This document shows, piece after piece, positions 14,492 through 27,750 of a DNA stretch of 64,000 nucleotides. The stretch comes from the human T2T-CHM13v2.0 reference genome, Homo sapiens. The notes beneath the pieces are model-generated. The model worked only from the letters and a program-made list of their open reading frames with translations, was not told the DNA's origin and did not search any database. How positions within the stretch are numbered: position 1 is the stretch's first letter; each line of letters opens with the position of its first letter. Both the position numbers and the translations under genes were made by a program. The stretch is from the NCBI RefSeq assembly GCF_009914755.1, contig NC_060928.1; one strand, written 5' to 3'.

Positions 14492-14550
14492 ACCACTTCT
14501 CAGCCTTTTGGCTAAGATCAAGTGTAGTGTCTGTTCTTACCGGTTTAATA
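14492..14550 (+). pseudogene. U2 snRNA retropseudogene (5' ~59 nt, 3'-truncated)
   Basis: ACCACTTCTCAGCCTTTTGGCTAAGATCAAGTGTAGTGTCTGTTCTTACCGGTTTAATA vs U2 ATCGCTTCTCGGCCTTTTGGCTAAGATCAAGTGTAGTATCTGTTCTTATCAGTTTAATA; flanking direct repeat AATAATGGATC(A). Confidence 0.95.
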
Positions 14551-16771
14551 ATGGATCATTGCAGTGTTTCCTACTGAGTGCAAAGACAGTCTTGGGATCT
14601 GTCTTAACACAGCAGTCACTTTCAATTGCCAACCTTGTTTTAAAAAAGAAGCATCAGCACTCCCTGAAATCCCTCTCCGTTTTTCTTACTCTATTCTTAT
14701 GCTATGCATCCCCTCTTCCCACCCTTCCCCATCCCCTACCATGGCAACTAGACTCTTATTTTTATGATTGCTTTATGATATTTTCTACAGAACCTGTCAT
14801 TTACTTTTACCAAATGGAAAACAGAGATGATGTGGTTTTTTTCTCTCTTACTTGGCAGTCCAGCAATAACTTAACTAAGTGAGCAGTAGCCTTTTTAAGG
14901 TAAGATAGAATTTTAAAGTCGGCTCCAGATATAATTCTAATGTGTCCGGTGACACTGCAGAAAATGTAAATTTCCCTGGAACCATGTATTATTCTGGGAT
15001 GTGTGCATGTGTGCATGCTTGTGTGCATGCTGGTAGATGTTACGGTCAAGTAAAATGTCAGCACAGTAATTATAGACCAAAAAAGTTCACTTCAAAGAAT
15101 TAATACTGTTCAAAGGAAAATTCACGATTTGGAAACTCACAAATGTAAAACTAAAGCATTTTCTTTTCGTTCCTTTCCATTAAAAGTTGAGAGGAGTAGT
15201 TACCACTCTAGGATGAAGTCTATAATAGCATAAAAATCCCTCTGGATAGGAAAGAGTGTGTTGTTTGAGTTTTCCAGCCCATCTGATCGGATTTCAGAAC
15301 TCTTTAAGCGCTTAGCTTTTGGTGTTTTTGGGATTAGGAATGTGTGTTCTTGTAGAGAGTTGGAAAGCAAATGTTAGGCTTGTCAGCATCTGAGGACCGC
15401 AGAAGCAGTCCACCCATTGTTCGAGTCACGCTTCCAGGGCCCAGCACTTTTCACTGAGGAGCCTGCTTTTGAAGTGTTTTCTTTGCTTAATTTTCTCCAC
15501 CTTTGAGATCCTTTCAGAAGTATTTTCTTTCAAAATATCATGCATTCTTCTTTAGAAGAATTGGCCTTTCTAATAATACAAAGAAACATAGGATACTTGT
15601 AATCTGTCAAGTAGGGCTAAAAACATTAGGGCATTAAGGACAGATAGAATAAGGGTTGTGGAAGAAGTTTTGCAGTCGCATTATAAATTGACTTTTTTCC
15701 CTTTTTAATTTAGTCTGACTATAGAGAACTATATCTAGGCAAGAAAATAAGAAATGTTGGGTTCATTTAGAAATTGCAATTGGTTTTTTCATACGTAATG
15801 GGAAATCAAAATGGAAATGCTTTGGCATTACAATTATGTATTGGAGTCTTACTTGTGTATGAAAATAATTGAAGGTCTAATAAAAATTCCGCTCAAAACC
15901 AGTGTCTGTTATTTTATGGAGTTACATTTTAAACATTAACCAAGATGACCATAAAATTATGTGGAAAGTTTACGTTTAAAAAAAGTCAGCATAAAATGTT
16001 AACATGGGTTTGAGAACAGAAAATAGCAATTCCTAAAATAGCTCTTGTAGTCATATGTATGTATGTATGTACGTTGATTTACAAATTTAAATACAGAATT
16101 TAAGAATTAGAATATACTTTGATTCACAAAATAAATGAAAAGTAGCTATTCTTACAGACCTATTTGTTGAGATGTAATCCACAGAATAATTACATATATT
16201 GGTTCACTGTATATCTCTCTGTTTACTAAGACTTAACACTAGGGTCACAGATCCTGAAGTCACTCCTGTTGTTTTTCTCAACTGCTCTAATAAATCTGTG
16301 ACCTTTCTCTCAGGTGGTAGCATCCTTTGCAGATGTTAATTTCAACATCTGGTGGACTCATTCTTAATTTTGTTCTGTGAAACCTTATTCTGACTTTAAT
16401 TCTTAGCCTCTGAAGCTTGCTTAAAATATTTCTTTTTGGGTTTTCTGGGTGTTCATCACTAGAGACAAGTTATTAATGCTTCTAACACCAGGGATTTGTG
16501 GAGGATCTTCTATCACTGTAAATCTGTGCTCCCTTAAAGTGAACTATATGAGGTTAAAATAGAAGATGTCTATTTTTTTTTAACCTCAATACTTAATATA
16601 GTGCTTAACACAGAGCAGTTACTAAATGTTTGTTGAATGAAAACATATCCTGAGGCGTTGGGATTGGGAAGGAAAGATGTTATTTTCAACTTCTACCAAA
16701 GGGGCTAAGCAGTGCTTTAGGGAGTAAACCAGTTGGGAGATGATTTAGTTTCTGTCACAAAAAAAATCCTT

Positions 16772-17072
<301 letters not shown>

Positions 17073-17570
17073 CCTTATATGTATAATTGTCCCTTCATTT
17101 GTCCATAATAACACGAAGATGATGAAATTGTCCCTTTTTCCCAGAGCTCTCAGCTAAAATTTTCTGACTTTGATTTTTAGGTCCATACCTAATGTTAGTC
17201 CATGTTAATAAACAGTTTTCAAAGAAATATAACAGCAGCGGTGGTAGGATAACTATGTAAGCTATGTGAAGAAATAAATACATGGTCAATTACGTGAATT
17301 TGCATGAAGAAATAACTTTTCAAACTGTGATGATTAGAAAAGGACTGAATAAAGTGCAATGAATCTATTATAAATTGTACAAAAGAGAGAGATAATAATA
17401 TAGGAATAAAATTAAAATTATAAATATAATTTCATAAGAGGCAACCAAGCCATCATTACTATTTCATCTGACTTAATATGACCCCCTGTTCATTATGCAG
17501 ACCAGTGGAATTTGATAATTGTGTAGTGGTATTCTAAAGTTGCATCTTTTACTGTATTTAAAGTTAAATG

Positions 17571-17874
17571 GGCCATGCACAGTAGCTCACACCTGTAATC
17601 CCTGCACTTCAGGAGGCCAGGCTGGGAAGATCGCTTGAGGCCAGGAGTTTGAGACCACCCTTGGCAGCATAGTGAGACCCCCATCCCTACAAAAAATAAC
17701 TAGCCAGGCGTGATAGTGCATGCCTGTAAGTCCTAGCTACTCAGGAGGCTGAGGCAGGAGGATTGCTTGAGCCTGGGAGGTTGAGGCTGCAGTGAGCTGT
17801 GATTGCATCATGACACCACTGCACTCCAGCCGGGGTGACAGAGCAAGACCCTGTCTCAAAAAAAAAAAAAAAAA
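17571..17874 (+). mobile_element. AluJ SINE
   Basis: Full dimer; TSD AAAGTTAAATG. Confidence 0.93.
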
Positions 17875-17995
17875 GTTAAATGATATGTAACATTTGGGAG
17901 TGACAAGACTGTTCATCAGCTTGGGGCCTGGCAGCAACTTTTCTAGAGTTAGCTTTTTTCTCCTTTCTTGTTCCATGACTTAAAAATAATAACTT

Positions 17996-18128
17996 GCTGG
18001 GCATGGTGCCTCATTCTTGTAATCCCAGCACTTTGGGAGGCTGAGGCACTTGTGGCCAGGAGTTCAAGACTAGCCTGGGCAACGTAGTAGATGCCCTCCC
18101 CGCCACCATCTCTACAAAAGAAAAAAAG
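17996..18128 (+). mobile_element. FLAM / Alu left monomer
   Basis: GCTGGGCATGGTG...CCCAGCACTTTGGGAGG...TCTCTACAAAAGAAAAAA. Confidence 0.85.
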
Positions 18129-18359
18129 TTAACTCTTGATTTGCTTTCTAGTAGTGGGTGAATTTGGAGTTCCAATGATTGTCAACCCATTAATTCTTCA
18201 TTTACTGAACATCTCCTTATGTTTCAGATGCTGCAAAGATGTACAAGACTTTGTTTCCTACCCTCCAGGATATTTCAGTCTTACTCTGTGATACTTAAAC
18301 TATTTTATTTTGCATTAGTTGAACCTTTATCTGAATTCAGTTTTGCTGTACCATTCTGA

Positions 18360-18600
18360 AACTTGAAGAGTGTTCTGAGAGCTACCAAGCTAATTAAAGG
18401 ATTAGAAAATGAGACTCATGAAAAGAACTCAAGAAGAATTGAATTATTTAACAGAAAGGAGAGAAAGCTAAAGGGAGATACATTAATCATTTTTGAAGAT
18501 GTAATGGATGATGACCATCTAGTTCTAGCATTGGCCAAAGATGGGAAAGGAAGAAGTGGATTAAATTATAGAATGAGATAGTAAGGTTAGACTTGAGAGT
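18360..18600 (+). mobile_element. L3/CR1 LINE fossil (ORF2 C-terminal region)
   Basis: ORF 18363-18581 (KSVLRATKLIKGLENETHEKNSRRIELFNRKERKLKGDTLIIFE) resembles the CR1 motif [37 protein letters not shown]. Confidence 0.8.
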
Positions 18601-18928
18601 CTAAGAACACAGGAGTTATTTTAATATGAGTCCTCTTAATGAATGTAGTCCTGACATTTTTAAAGGGTATTTTTAAGTTACATAAAGTATTTTTTGTTTT
18701 CCCAAGTTAAACTGTGACTGAATTTAGGGATTAACAGAAAAAGAGTGTTCAAGTTTTTGTATCATCTTTCAGAAAATTATAGAGCTTGACTAGGGAGCGA
18801 GCCAACACTTGGTTCCGGGACATGCATGATACTGAATCAGTAAAAAGCAAATGGTCACAGCAAGGGCAGCCCTCTCGTAAATATATCGTAATTTGCTTTT
18901 GTAATCTTTAAATAGTTTTTTTGTTCTA

Positions 18929-19090
18929 CTTTTTTAGACAGGGTCTCACTGTGTTGCCCAGGCCGTGGTGCAAGGGCTATTCACAGGTGTGATCGTGCAC
19001 ACTGCAGCCTCGAGCATCTGGGCTGAAGGCTTCCTCTTGCCTCAGCCTGCAGAGTAGCTGGGACTACAGGCAAGAGCCACCACGCCCAGC
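18929..19090 (-). mobile_element. FAM (fossil Alu monomer)
   Basis: Antisense monomer retaining the 7SL-derived GGCTATTCACAGGTGTGATC segment that dimeric Alus lack. Confidence 0.8.
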
Positions 19091-19131
19091 AGTGCTTCTA
19101 TAGTCTTCATAAATCGTTTAGAAAATTGAAA

Positions 19132-19385
19132 TGTTCTCACTCATAGGTGGGAATTGAACAATGAGAACACATGGACACAGGAAGGGGGACATCACACACT
19201 GGAGCCTGTCGTGGGGTGGGGGGAGGGGGAGGGATAGCATTAGGAGATATACCTAATGCTACATGACGAGTTAATGGGTGCAGCACACCAACATGGCACA
19301 TGTATACATATGTAACAAATCTGCACGTTGTGCACATGTACCCTAGAACTTAAAGTATAATAATAATAAAATTTAAAAAAAAAAA
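19132..19385 (+). mobile_element. 5'-truncated L1PA (PA3-PA5-like) 3' UTR
   Basis: TGTTCTCACTCATAGGTGGGAATTGAACAATGAG...ACTTAAAGTATAATAATAATAAAA; TSD AGAAAATTGAAA at 19120-19131 and 19385-19396. Confidence 0.96.
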
Positions 19386-20329
19386 GAAAATTGAAACTCA
19401 TTTACTAGAGATAAACTTAAGAGCATAATGAAAGTTTATTTTTAAAGAGTTTCCTATTCCTTTGCTCGGTTGCATATTGCTAGGGACGATGTCTACTAAG
19501 AGTTAATGCCTCCTCTCATTTAGATTTGAAAGGCATTCTTGCCGTTAGCGTTTACAGCACTTTTTCAGACCACAACAGCTTGATAACTCGGGTTACTATC
19601 TAAACCTTCAAAGAAAATGGAGAGTTAGAGTCCATCTGCGTTGTGATTTAACTTTTCAAAGCCTCTGATTTTTAAGCCCTTTCACTTCAGGTGCCAAATT
19701 TTCTCAAAGCACAAGACCCCTTAACTCAATCTTTTCTCTCTGCCAAATGAACAATTTTATGTCTCTTCCCTTACTCTACAGCCACTGAAATCTAGTATTC
19801 AGTAATATACTTAGGAAGGTATCTCAGTTTTTTTCTTCATGAAAACCTTCTGTGCTGTATTACTTGTGGCCAATCTCAGACGCAAGTGTAAGTACGTACA
19901 TAGAACCTGACAAAAATTTATTCCTTAGCTAAAAAGGGATAATAATTGCTTCTCCTCATGCTTAGAAACATTTTAAATATAACAAAGGCTTTCTGATGAC
20001 CAGCTGAGTTTTATCTCTTCTTCATCCTTCATCTGATTAATCTTTTCTTTCGTGTTTTTATTTCTCAGTTGCAATGCCAAAGCTCTATTTGTACTGTTCT
20101 TCTAATAGAGGAAAAATGCATGCTTGCCCAGTTTAAATATTCCAACTTTTGCCGAGTGATAATTAACTGACCTCATCCCATCTGACCACTGACTTGCGAA
20201 AATCAAGTTTTATAGTGTGATTGAACAATTAGTTGAACTACATTATCCTTGTAATTCATATTTTACCAAGAATTACAGTTTTCTACATGATAGTAATGTA
20301 AATGCATCAGGAAAAGAGGGAAATGAAAC

Positions 20330-20540
20330 TAACTTTTATTGGGTGCCTACTTTGAGCAAGCCTGTGTGCCAGGCAATTTGTGTGTGTGTGTGCACGTATG
20401 TGTGTGTGTGTGATATTTAATTTAATGTTCATAGTCTTGAGGCTTTGTTATCATTAACCTTGTTTTACAGATGAAAAATATGTAGCATGGAGAGGTTAAA
20501 TAATTTGCCCAAGATTTTAGGTTTATTAAGTGGCAGTTCA
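20330..20540 (-). mobile_element. MIR SINE
   Basis: TTTTACAGATGAAAAA...GGTTAAATAATTTGCCCAAG MIR core in antisense orientation. Confidence 0.7.
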
Positions 20541-21653
20541 AATGCTCATTTACTTAAAAGTCATAGAGAAAAAAAATAATCAAAAGAATTCTGAAACAAA
20601 GCCCATGTCACCAGAATCAAGAGTACTTGGAAGAGAGGGGTCAGTGTCTAATTTGTCTTTTCGCAGCTTTAATTTTCTATTTCTACTTCTGTCCGTTTCC
20701 TTTTAAGCTTTTTTTTTTTTTCCTTTCACATGATGTACGTTTCTCTAAAGCCAGAGTAGTGAGCAGCTTGAAAGGTTAAGGAAAAGAGGAGGTAGGGAGG
20801 CGGAACTATTGTGGTCTCTTTATTTGTCATGCCTCAAGCATACGATGTAGTAATATTCCTTGTCTTCCAAAAAAAGAAATCAGTGAACGTGGTTCCTTAC
20901 TTAGCTCGCATTAATGGCCATGTGAGTGCATGCTGAAAATGTATATTTAGGAAAGTAAGGACATAATTAACATAAAAACCATTCTAATAGAATTAGTCTA
21001 TGACTGAAGGAGGCAAGCGAGTCCAAATCATTCTGTATTGTTCAGTACATTTTTTTTTAATATCAGGCATAAATTTAACTGTGTGTTGCCACCAGTGACA
21101 ACTATCATAGAGGTTTGGGTTTTTTAAAATCAAGAAATATAGTTTGAATCTTGCTCCTCCATGAACTGTAATACTATGTAAGTCTTACTTAAAATATTAT
21201 GCTTATATGGTAGACATTATGTTAGTATAATTGTGAAAAAAAATAGTTGCCTAGAAGTAGCAGTGGATGCTTTAAAATTTTTTTTCAATATATTTAAACA
21301 AAAAGATTATTTGTATGGTTTGGGGCTTAAACATTGATTTGGGACCTAAAGTACATTTAAAACTACAGCATTGGTGATGAAATTTTGGCCTGGTTCAAGT
21401 AGGTGCTCAGTAAGTGAGCACTGAATGAATGTGCTATTAACTAAACAGCCTTACAAATAAATACCATGTCAAGAAAGACTCAGTACATCAAGAAAACCAA
21501 GTGCACATATTAACTTAAATGCATTTATATGGGTTTTAAATTGTTGCCCTTCAAAATGCAATAATGTATTTATTGATCTTGATTTTATGATTTGTAAAAT
21601 ATGCTTTTTTAAATTTCCTGAAAATTAAAAACTTAAGTCATTAATCCACTACT

Positions 21654-21797
21654 CTCTGGAATTACTTTTTTTTTTTCTACGAACACTTAAGAGTTTCTCT
21701 AAAAGAATAACTTCCCAGGTCCTGAGGCCTCTGGAATTACTTTTTTTATTCTACAAACACTGAAGAGTTTCTCTAAAAGAATAACTTCCCAGGTCCT
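21654..21797. repeat. ~70-bp tandem duplication (2 copies)
   Basis: CTCTGGAATTACTTTT...AAGAGTTTCTCTAAAAGAATAACTTCCCAGGTCCT at 21654-21723 and 21729-21797. Confidence 0.95.
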
Positions 21798-24700
21798 AAT
21801 GCTTAATGCAGGAAGTAATATTAGTACTTTTTTTGTTGTTTAGTCTCTTTGTCTGACCAAATATGCCACCAACTTGAGTCTCATTGTCCCTAGCCCATTA
21901 GGAACAATAGAAGTTTTACCCCACTTCCCAGCCCTTTTCTTAGGAATGTAGGAATCTGGCTAGAAGGCACAACAACCTCCCACCTTCCTAGTAGACCAAG
22001 GATTCCTGTTGTCAGATGCAGTGGGCATGAAAGCAGCAATTTTACAGCACAAAAACTCCAATAACATTTACTTCGGTTGGCTGAGATTGCAATGCACACA
22101 GGCACTGCTCATTCTTGGTTGCTTAAGCACCAGCTAGCTTCCCTTGGCTTTTTGCCACTTTGTGCATTTCAGAGACAAGTCCTTTCAGGAGAAAGCATTT
22201 TGCTTGTAACTTGCAGTGGAGTAAACAGACCATTCAGGCATAGTTTATTGCATTACAAACTCAACTATGCGAACTATCCCAAAATTGAATACAACAAAGT
22301 AATTAGTGAAATCATTTGGTCATGAGAATTCATAAAGAGGAATTGTCCTATTTAAAAAATAAAATTTTTCTTTTCTAAAGAATTATTTAAAACTTTATAT
22401 TTAGAGAATGGTAGCTTATCTCTTATAAGTTTTACTTACATAGTGAAGCTTAAAGTGACCAATTTACAAGTGTCTTCCCCTTCCCACTCCCCTGTAGCCA
22501 GCACTTTGTTGAATTCATTTGGGAAATCTTAAGAGGGCACCCACGTTGCATTATAAAGCAAACACTGAAATGACGATGACCCACTCCTACGTAGACTGAA
22601 GTGCTGGCATATCAACCCCATGTTACTATATAAAGAATAGGCAGAGAAAAGCATACAAAAACATCTCAATAGCCTGACTCAGGCTGAACTAGGTAAAATG
22701 TGCATACACATTGTGGATTCCCTAGAAGACAGGCAAGGGAAGGCAAGAGGGATGTGCATTAGGTTACCCTAGAGGCAGTATTCATCTAATCAAGAGTTCA
22801 TTCATTCCTGCAGCCAGTTTTTAAAATCATACATCTAATGTGTACTGAAAACCAGTTGCTAAATATGGTTACCAGACATTTTCTTCTTCTACAAGATTGT
22901 CCTAGGTTCTGTATTTGTTTTTTTGTGGAGCTTTTTTCGGAGAACTTTAAAACAAAATTATAAAGTCTCATGTAAAATCAAAATTAAATGACTTTTTCTA
23001 TTCAACATTGTATCTAATTATTACCTGTTTATAAACCAATCCTGTTCATAGGGTCAGAGCAAACTGCGGCTTTCAAAAGGATATTAATGGTTAGTGCATT
23101 TGTTAACTGGGACCCTATTTATTGTTCCTGTCCAACTCAGATCACTCGTGTGTGTGAACTAAGTACTCTGAGCTTCATTAGAATCGTAATTGTCTGTAAG
23201 TAAACTGTGATGTACTTGAATTTCTACAATTGTGTTTATTTTTCACATTTTGTTCAAATAAACCAGGGCTCAGCTCTTAACATTTTCAAATACTTGTTTC
23301 ATTTTAAAAAAGGACAGGGGCCTTATTTGAGCTAACAGATGAGCCCTCATTTCTACGGAACCCTAAGCAAGATCCTATCAATCCATGTGCTAATGGTCTT
23401 TTTTATTGATGAATTTGGCCCTTGCTCTGTTGATTGAATCTACATATAGTCTCTAGCCAGTGATGCTTAAATAGAAGCCACAGGGTACAACATTTTGGAG
23501 TTGAAGTTCAGACCACACAGTCTCCCTTTCTGCATCCCACAGATTCTCATCTGTGCTCTCTCCCCCAGCCTCCAGCTGCTGCACTGTCACCAGCCCAGCT
23601 GAGATTCAGAATCACTTCTGGTGTGGTTCTGTCCCTCAGGTACCCTTTATGTGCCTCAGAAACACTTTTACCTAGATGTCTCTCTACCATTCATACATGT
23701 TTACAGTGATTTCCTTCTGAGTAAATATATAGAACTATCAAAATGTCTAACCTGCCCGTTACTCAGTTGCAGTCCTAGTTTACTTCCCGCTTGATCTGAT
23801 TGATTCCGTTTCTTTGGAGTATTAGAAAGAGAGAGAACTTGCCCGATACCTTCTGCTTTCATCTACGGCTACGATCCGATTTCCTTCCCTTGAATGCATG
23901 AAGGAAGGGTTTAAATGGCATCTGAGGTAATCGTGAGTTTCTGGGTTACTTTGCAGTGGTTTGCCCTCGATGGAGTGCACAAGAGGAAAGAATGGGAATA
24001 GCCCTGCCCTGCCAGTGCGTGCCTGTAGCGAAAACGCTTGGAAAACAAGTGATGCACTCCTAATGAATTGTGCTTTTGGTTCTTTGAATGTGCACAGCAT
24101 CTCCATCAGGTTTTTACAGCTGGACTCTAGCTGTAATTGCTACTGGGATGAGATGCACAACATGGGGTGTTGAAGCTAAGAATTTGTAGTGTTTTAGTGG
24201 CCAAAAATACATGGCATGGTAGGAGCATCAGGCCTCATGAAATTCACACTTGTATATCTTCATGTTCCTCACCCGTTTCTGACATGCCGCTGATTTGCCA
24301 ACAGGCTACTCTAGATGAAGGGGATAAAAATGGCAAAGCTGAAAGATGTTGTTTCTTAAAAGATACTGTGTATCAGTTGAGTAAGAGGAAGTAGATTGGG
24401 GATATAAATGCATAAAAAGGCCTCTGTAGTCATTCTTCAGTGAAGACAATTGGTATTAATCTCATCAATGCAACAAAACAAAAAAGATAACAATTTTAAT
24501 CTTATTATAGCACAAAATGGCATGCATTAAAGTATTTCTCCTAATGTAAACAATAATTCTATATTTCTGTAGCATCAGCTCTCAGATCCCTTGTCCTGAT
24601 TTGTCATTAGATATAAATCAGTTTTTATGCTTCTTCCAGAGAAGCTTTAAAGCCTAATGTTTCCTTATTGGAGATGTTATAATTCCAAAGAGGGTAAAAT

Positions 24701-25633
24701 TGATAGTTTCACAGAGAAAAGTATCCTATCCAAAATTATGATGTAAAAGAATAATCCAAATGCCCATGCTGATCCACCCTTATGGTTATTTAAGGTATAA
24801 TCAGTGAGGCTTGGAATTTAATGCAATTCCATTGGCATCATAATTTTCCAGGGTGTCAGCTGTGACCACTGAGTTCCCAACCCAGTTAAATTATTCTTTC
24901 ACATTATTCTTTGCATTTTCTGTTTTCTTCTTTCTCTCTTTTCTCTTTATTCCTCGGGATTTTTTTTTTTTTTTTTTTTTTTTGAAAATCAATCCCTGTT
25001 GTGTCCATCCAACCAAAATATTTTATAGCGCTTACGTTAACTGACATTTTAAAAGCAGTTTATGTTGTAGATATTAATTAATCCTGAGAACAGTACAATG
25101 CTCAGGAGAGAATTATTTGAATTAAATTTGTCAAAAGTGGTATAATGCAAAGATTGCCCTAACACTGCTGAAAGGAGTAATTTTCGTTGTTTCCATAGAA
25201 ATGAGGAGTTCCTTATTCTTTGGTCCTTACTCAGATCATACTACTTTTGTTTAATTACAATGAAATAGTAACCACTAATCAAAAGATTCTTTGTTCTATT
25301 TAGAATTCAAACTTTTGTTCTCCTGAACATATTTACCTGCCTTTCTAGGATTACTTTCTAATGGCAAAACCAGAAAATGGCAACATGAGAGCTGAATTGA
25401 GAAGAAAAATGCTTACCTTATGCAAGCACCCTGTAATAAACTTTGAGATTTTCTATTGATTTTTTTAATGCCCAGCGTTTGTTGTATTCTTTTTATAACA
25501 TTTTTTCATTCCACGGTCATTTTAAGCTTTATTTCATTCACAGTTTCTTTACACCTCTTGCTTTTATTGAAATTTAATTTGAGAAATGGATAATTAAGAA
25601 TCCTTCTACATTCTATAGAGAGTAACTAGCCCC

Positions 25634-25933
25634 ATGGTTAATGGGTACAAATAAATAGAATGAATAAGATCTAGTATTTGATTGCATAACAGAGTGACTG
25701 TAGTCAATAATAATTTAATTGTACATTTTAAAATAATTGAATATAATTGGATTGTTTATAACACAAAGAATAAATGCTTCAGATGATGGATAACCCATTT
25801 ACCCTGATGTGATTTATTACACATTGTATCCCTGTATCAAAATATCTTCTCATGTACCCCACAAATATATAGACCTATTATGTACCTATAAAAATTAAAA
25901 ATTAAAAAAAGGTTTTTTTTTTTTTTTAAAAAA
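25634..25933 (+). mobile_element. L1MA (MA1-3-like) 3' end
   Basis: ATGGTTAATGGGTACAAA...GAATAAGATCTAGTATTTG...; TSD AGAGTAACTA(G/T)CCCCA at 25619-25634 and 25934-25949. Confidence 0.85.
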
Positions 25934-27671
25934 AGAGTAACTATCCCCACAACAGTACATCACAATCACACACACACACCCTGAATCCTGGCAACATTGC
26001 AGTACACAGGAATACGTTACTTGAATTGAAACTGCAAAAGTAGTTTAATGCAAACACACACCCCCACATAAATACACTTTTATTTATTAAAAGACAAGGA
26101 AACTAAAAAACTGAAGTATGAAGGCCAATTGGAATAATAATGTGTGTTTTACAATTTTTTCTCAAATTTCCTCTTTAACATTAACTCGAGAGTAGATTCC
26201 ATTCCCAAGGTGATTCAGCCATTCAATATTTCAAAACTTTCGTTATTCCCTCGAGCTCAGTGCCCCCTCTACTGCTTCTCCTACAAACAGTGATTTCCCA
26301 GTAATGCCAGCAGAAGCAACAGTGAAGCTAATGCAGTCACTCTGCTAGGGAAGAGAAGTTTTCAAGAGAGGCAAAGGCACAGTTTCCCTTTTTCTTTCCT
26401 ACCAGTTAATGCCCTCAGTGGGTGGTCATGCCTGCTCTGTTCTTGAACAAAGGACTTCCTTCTCAGGAGCAGCAGGAATAAAACCGACAAGTATCACATC
26501 TGTTTCATGCTGCTTCTCCAGTTCCCATGGGATAGCACCACGTCTATAGCAGCAGTTCTGATGGTGCCACAGGGAAACAAGGCAGTAGGACATCATAAAT
26601 GAACAGATCCTGCTTGAATGAAAGAGAAGGGGAAAAGAAAATACTAAATAACAATATAATGAACAGTGGAGAAGTAAATGGGCAAAGATACAACTCAGAG
26701 AAGACAAATGTTTTAGAGATAGTCTCTATTTGGTGTAAGGTCTGAGTGTTGACATATGTACGTATTTTAGAAGTAGTGTAGGATAGAGTACATCCATTCC
26801 TCTCCGTTCATGGCCAGAGAACTGGTCCTGCGTGAAGAATGCACGGTTTAATTTGAGGAACATTTCCAACGGGTCTTAAATTCTGGCCTTTGCTGTTACT
26901 GTCTACAAATGGGAAGAAAAGTGGTAGGCAAATTTAAAAACCAAAGAGGATTTAATAATTATAATTAATAATTGAAAAAAAGACAAACTAAGACTCAAAA
27001 CATTGATGGGAATTTATAAAATTGGATTGGATGATGTTTGTAGAGCTCTGTAAATTTATTAAAAATTGTATTTATGAATTCAAAATTTAAAATTATAAAT
27101 ATATAAATATGTAAATAAAAATGATTTTAAAAATTAACTGATAATAGCTCTTTACAATTTTTAAAATCCCTCCGAATATAGAATAGCATAGGAAAATGCT
27201 CATGTTAGTGATACAAGGAAGATAGCAAAGCAGAACTATGCAGTACAATCTTGATTTTGATGATATTTGTATATTAAAAAAAAAAGGAAAGAAACAAACC
27301 AAATTTTCCCTGGGTAATGGATTATGGATAGTTTTAGTTTTTCTCTTTTCCCAGTGTTTTTTAGATTTCTGTAGTTTTGTTTTTTCTAAATGTTTGCACT
27401 GAAAGTGTAATATTTTATGATGAAAACATACAAAAATTTTAATGGGAAGACTTTTTGTCAGTACCTGCCAGAATTGTTTATATGGATAAACAATTTCAGT
27501 TTTTCATTTCTCTGAATGGATCCTGTAGAATTCTATAGAATAGTTATGTAAGGGATTATTTAAGTATTACATGGATATTAAAAACAACCTAAATGCCCAT
27601 CAAAAGGGAATTCATGCTGTGTCATAATACTATTCAGTTGTTATAAAAGAATGAACCTTCACAAGTATATA

Positions 27672-27750
27672 TTATGTTGGTGAAAAAGTAATTGCTGTTT
27701 TTGCCATTAAAAATAATAGCAAAACTGCAATTACTTTTGCACCAACCTAT
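27672..27750. mobile_element. MADE1 MITE (Hsmar1-derived)
   Basis: TTATGTTGGTGAAAAAGTAATTGCTGTTTTTGCCATTA...GCAAAACTGCAATTACTTTTGCACCAACCTA, palindromic, in TA context. Confidence 0.93.

Noticed and set aside
14406-14882. 158-aa ORF
   Set aside because: Runs through the U2 pseudogene and resembles no protein I know
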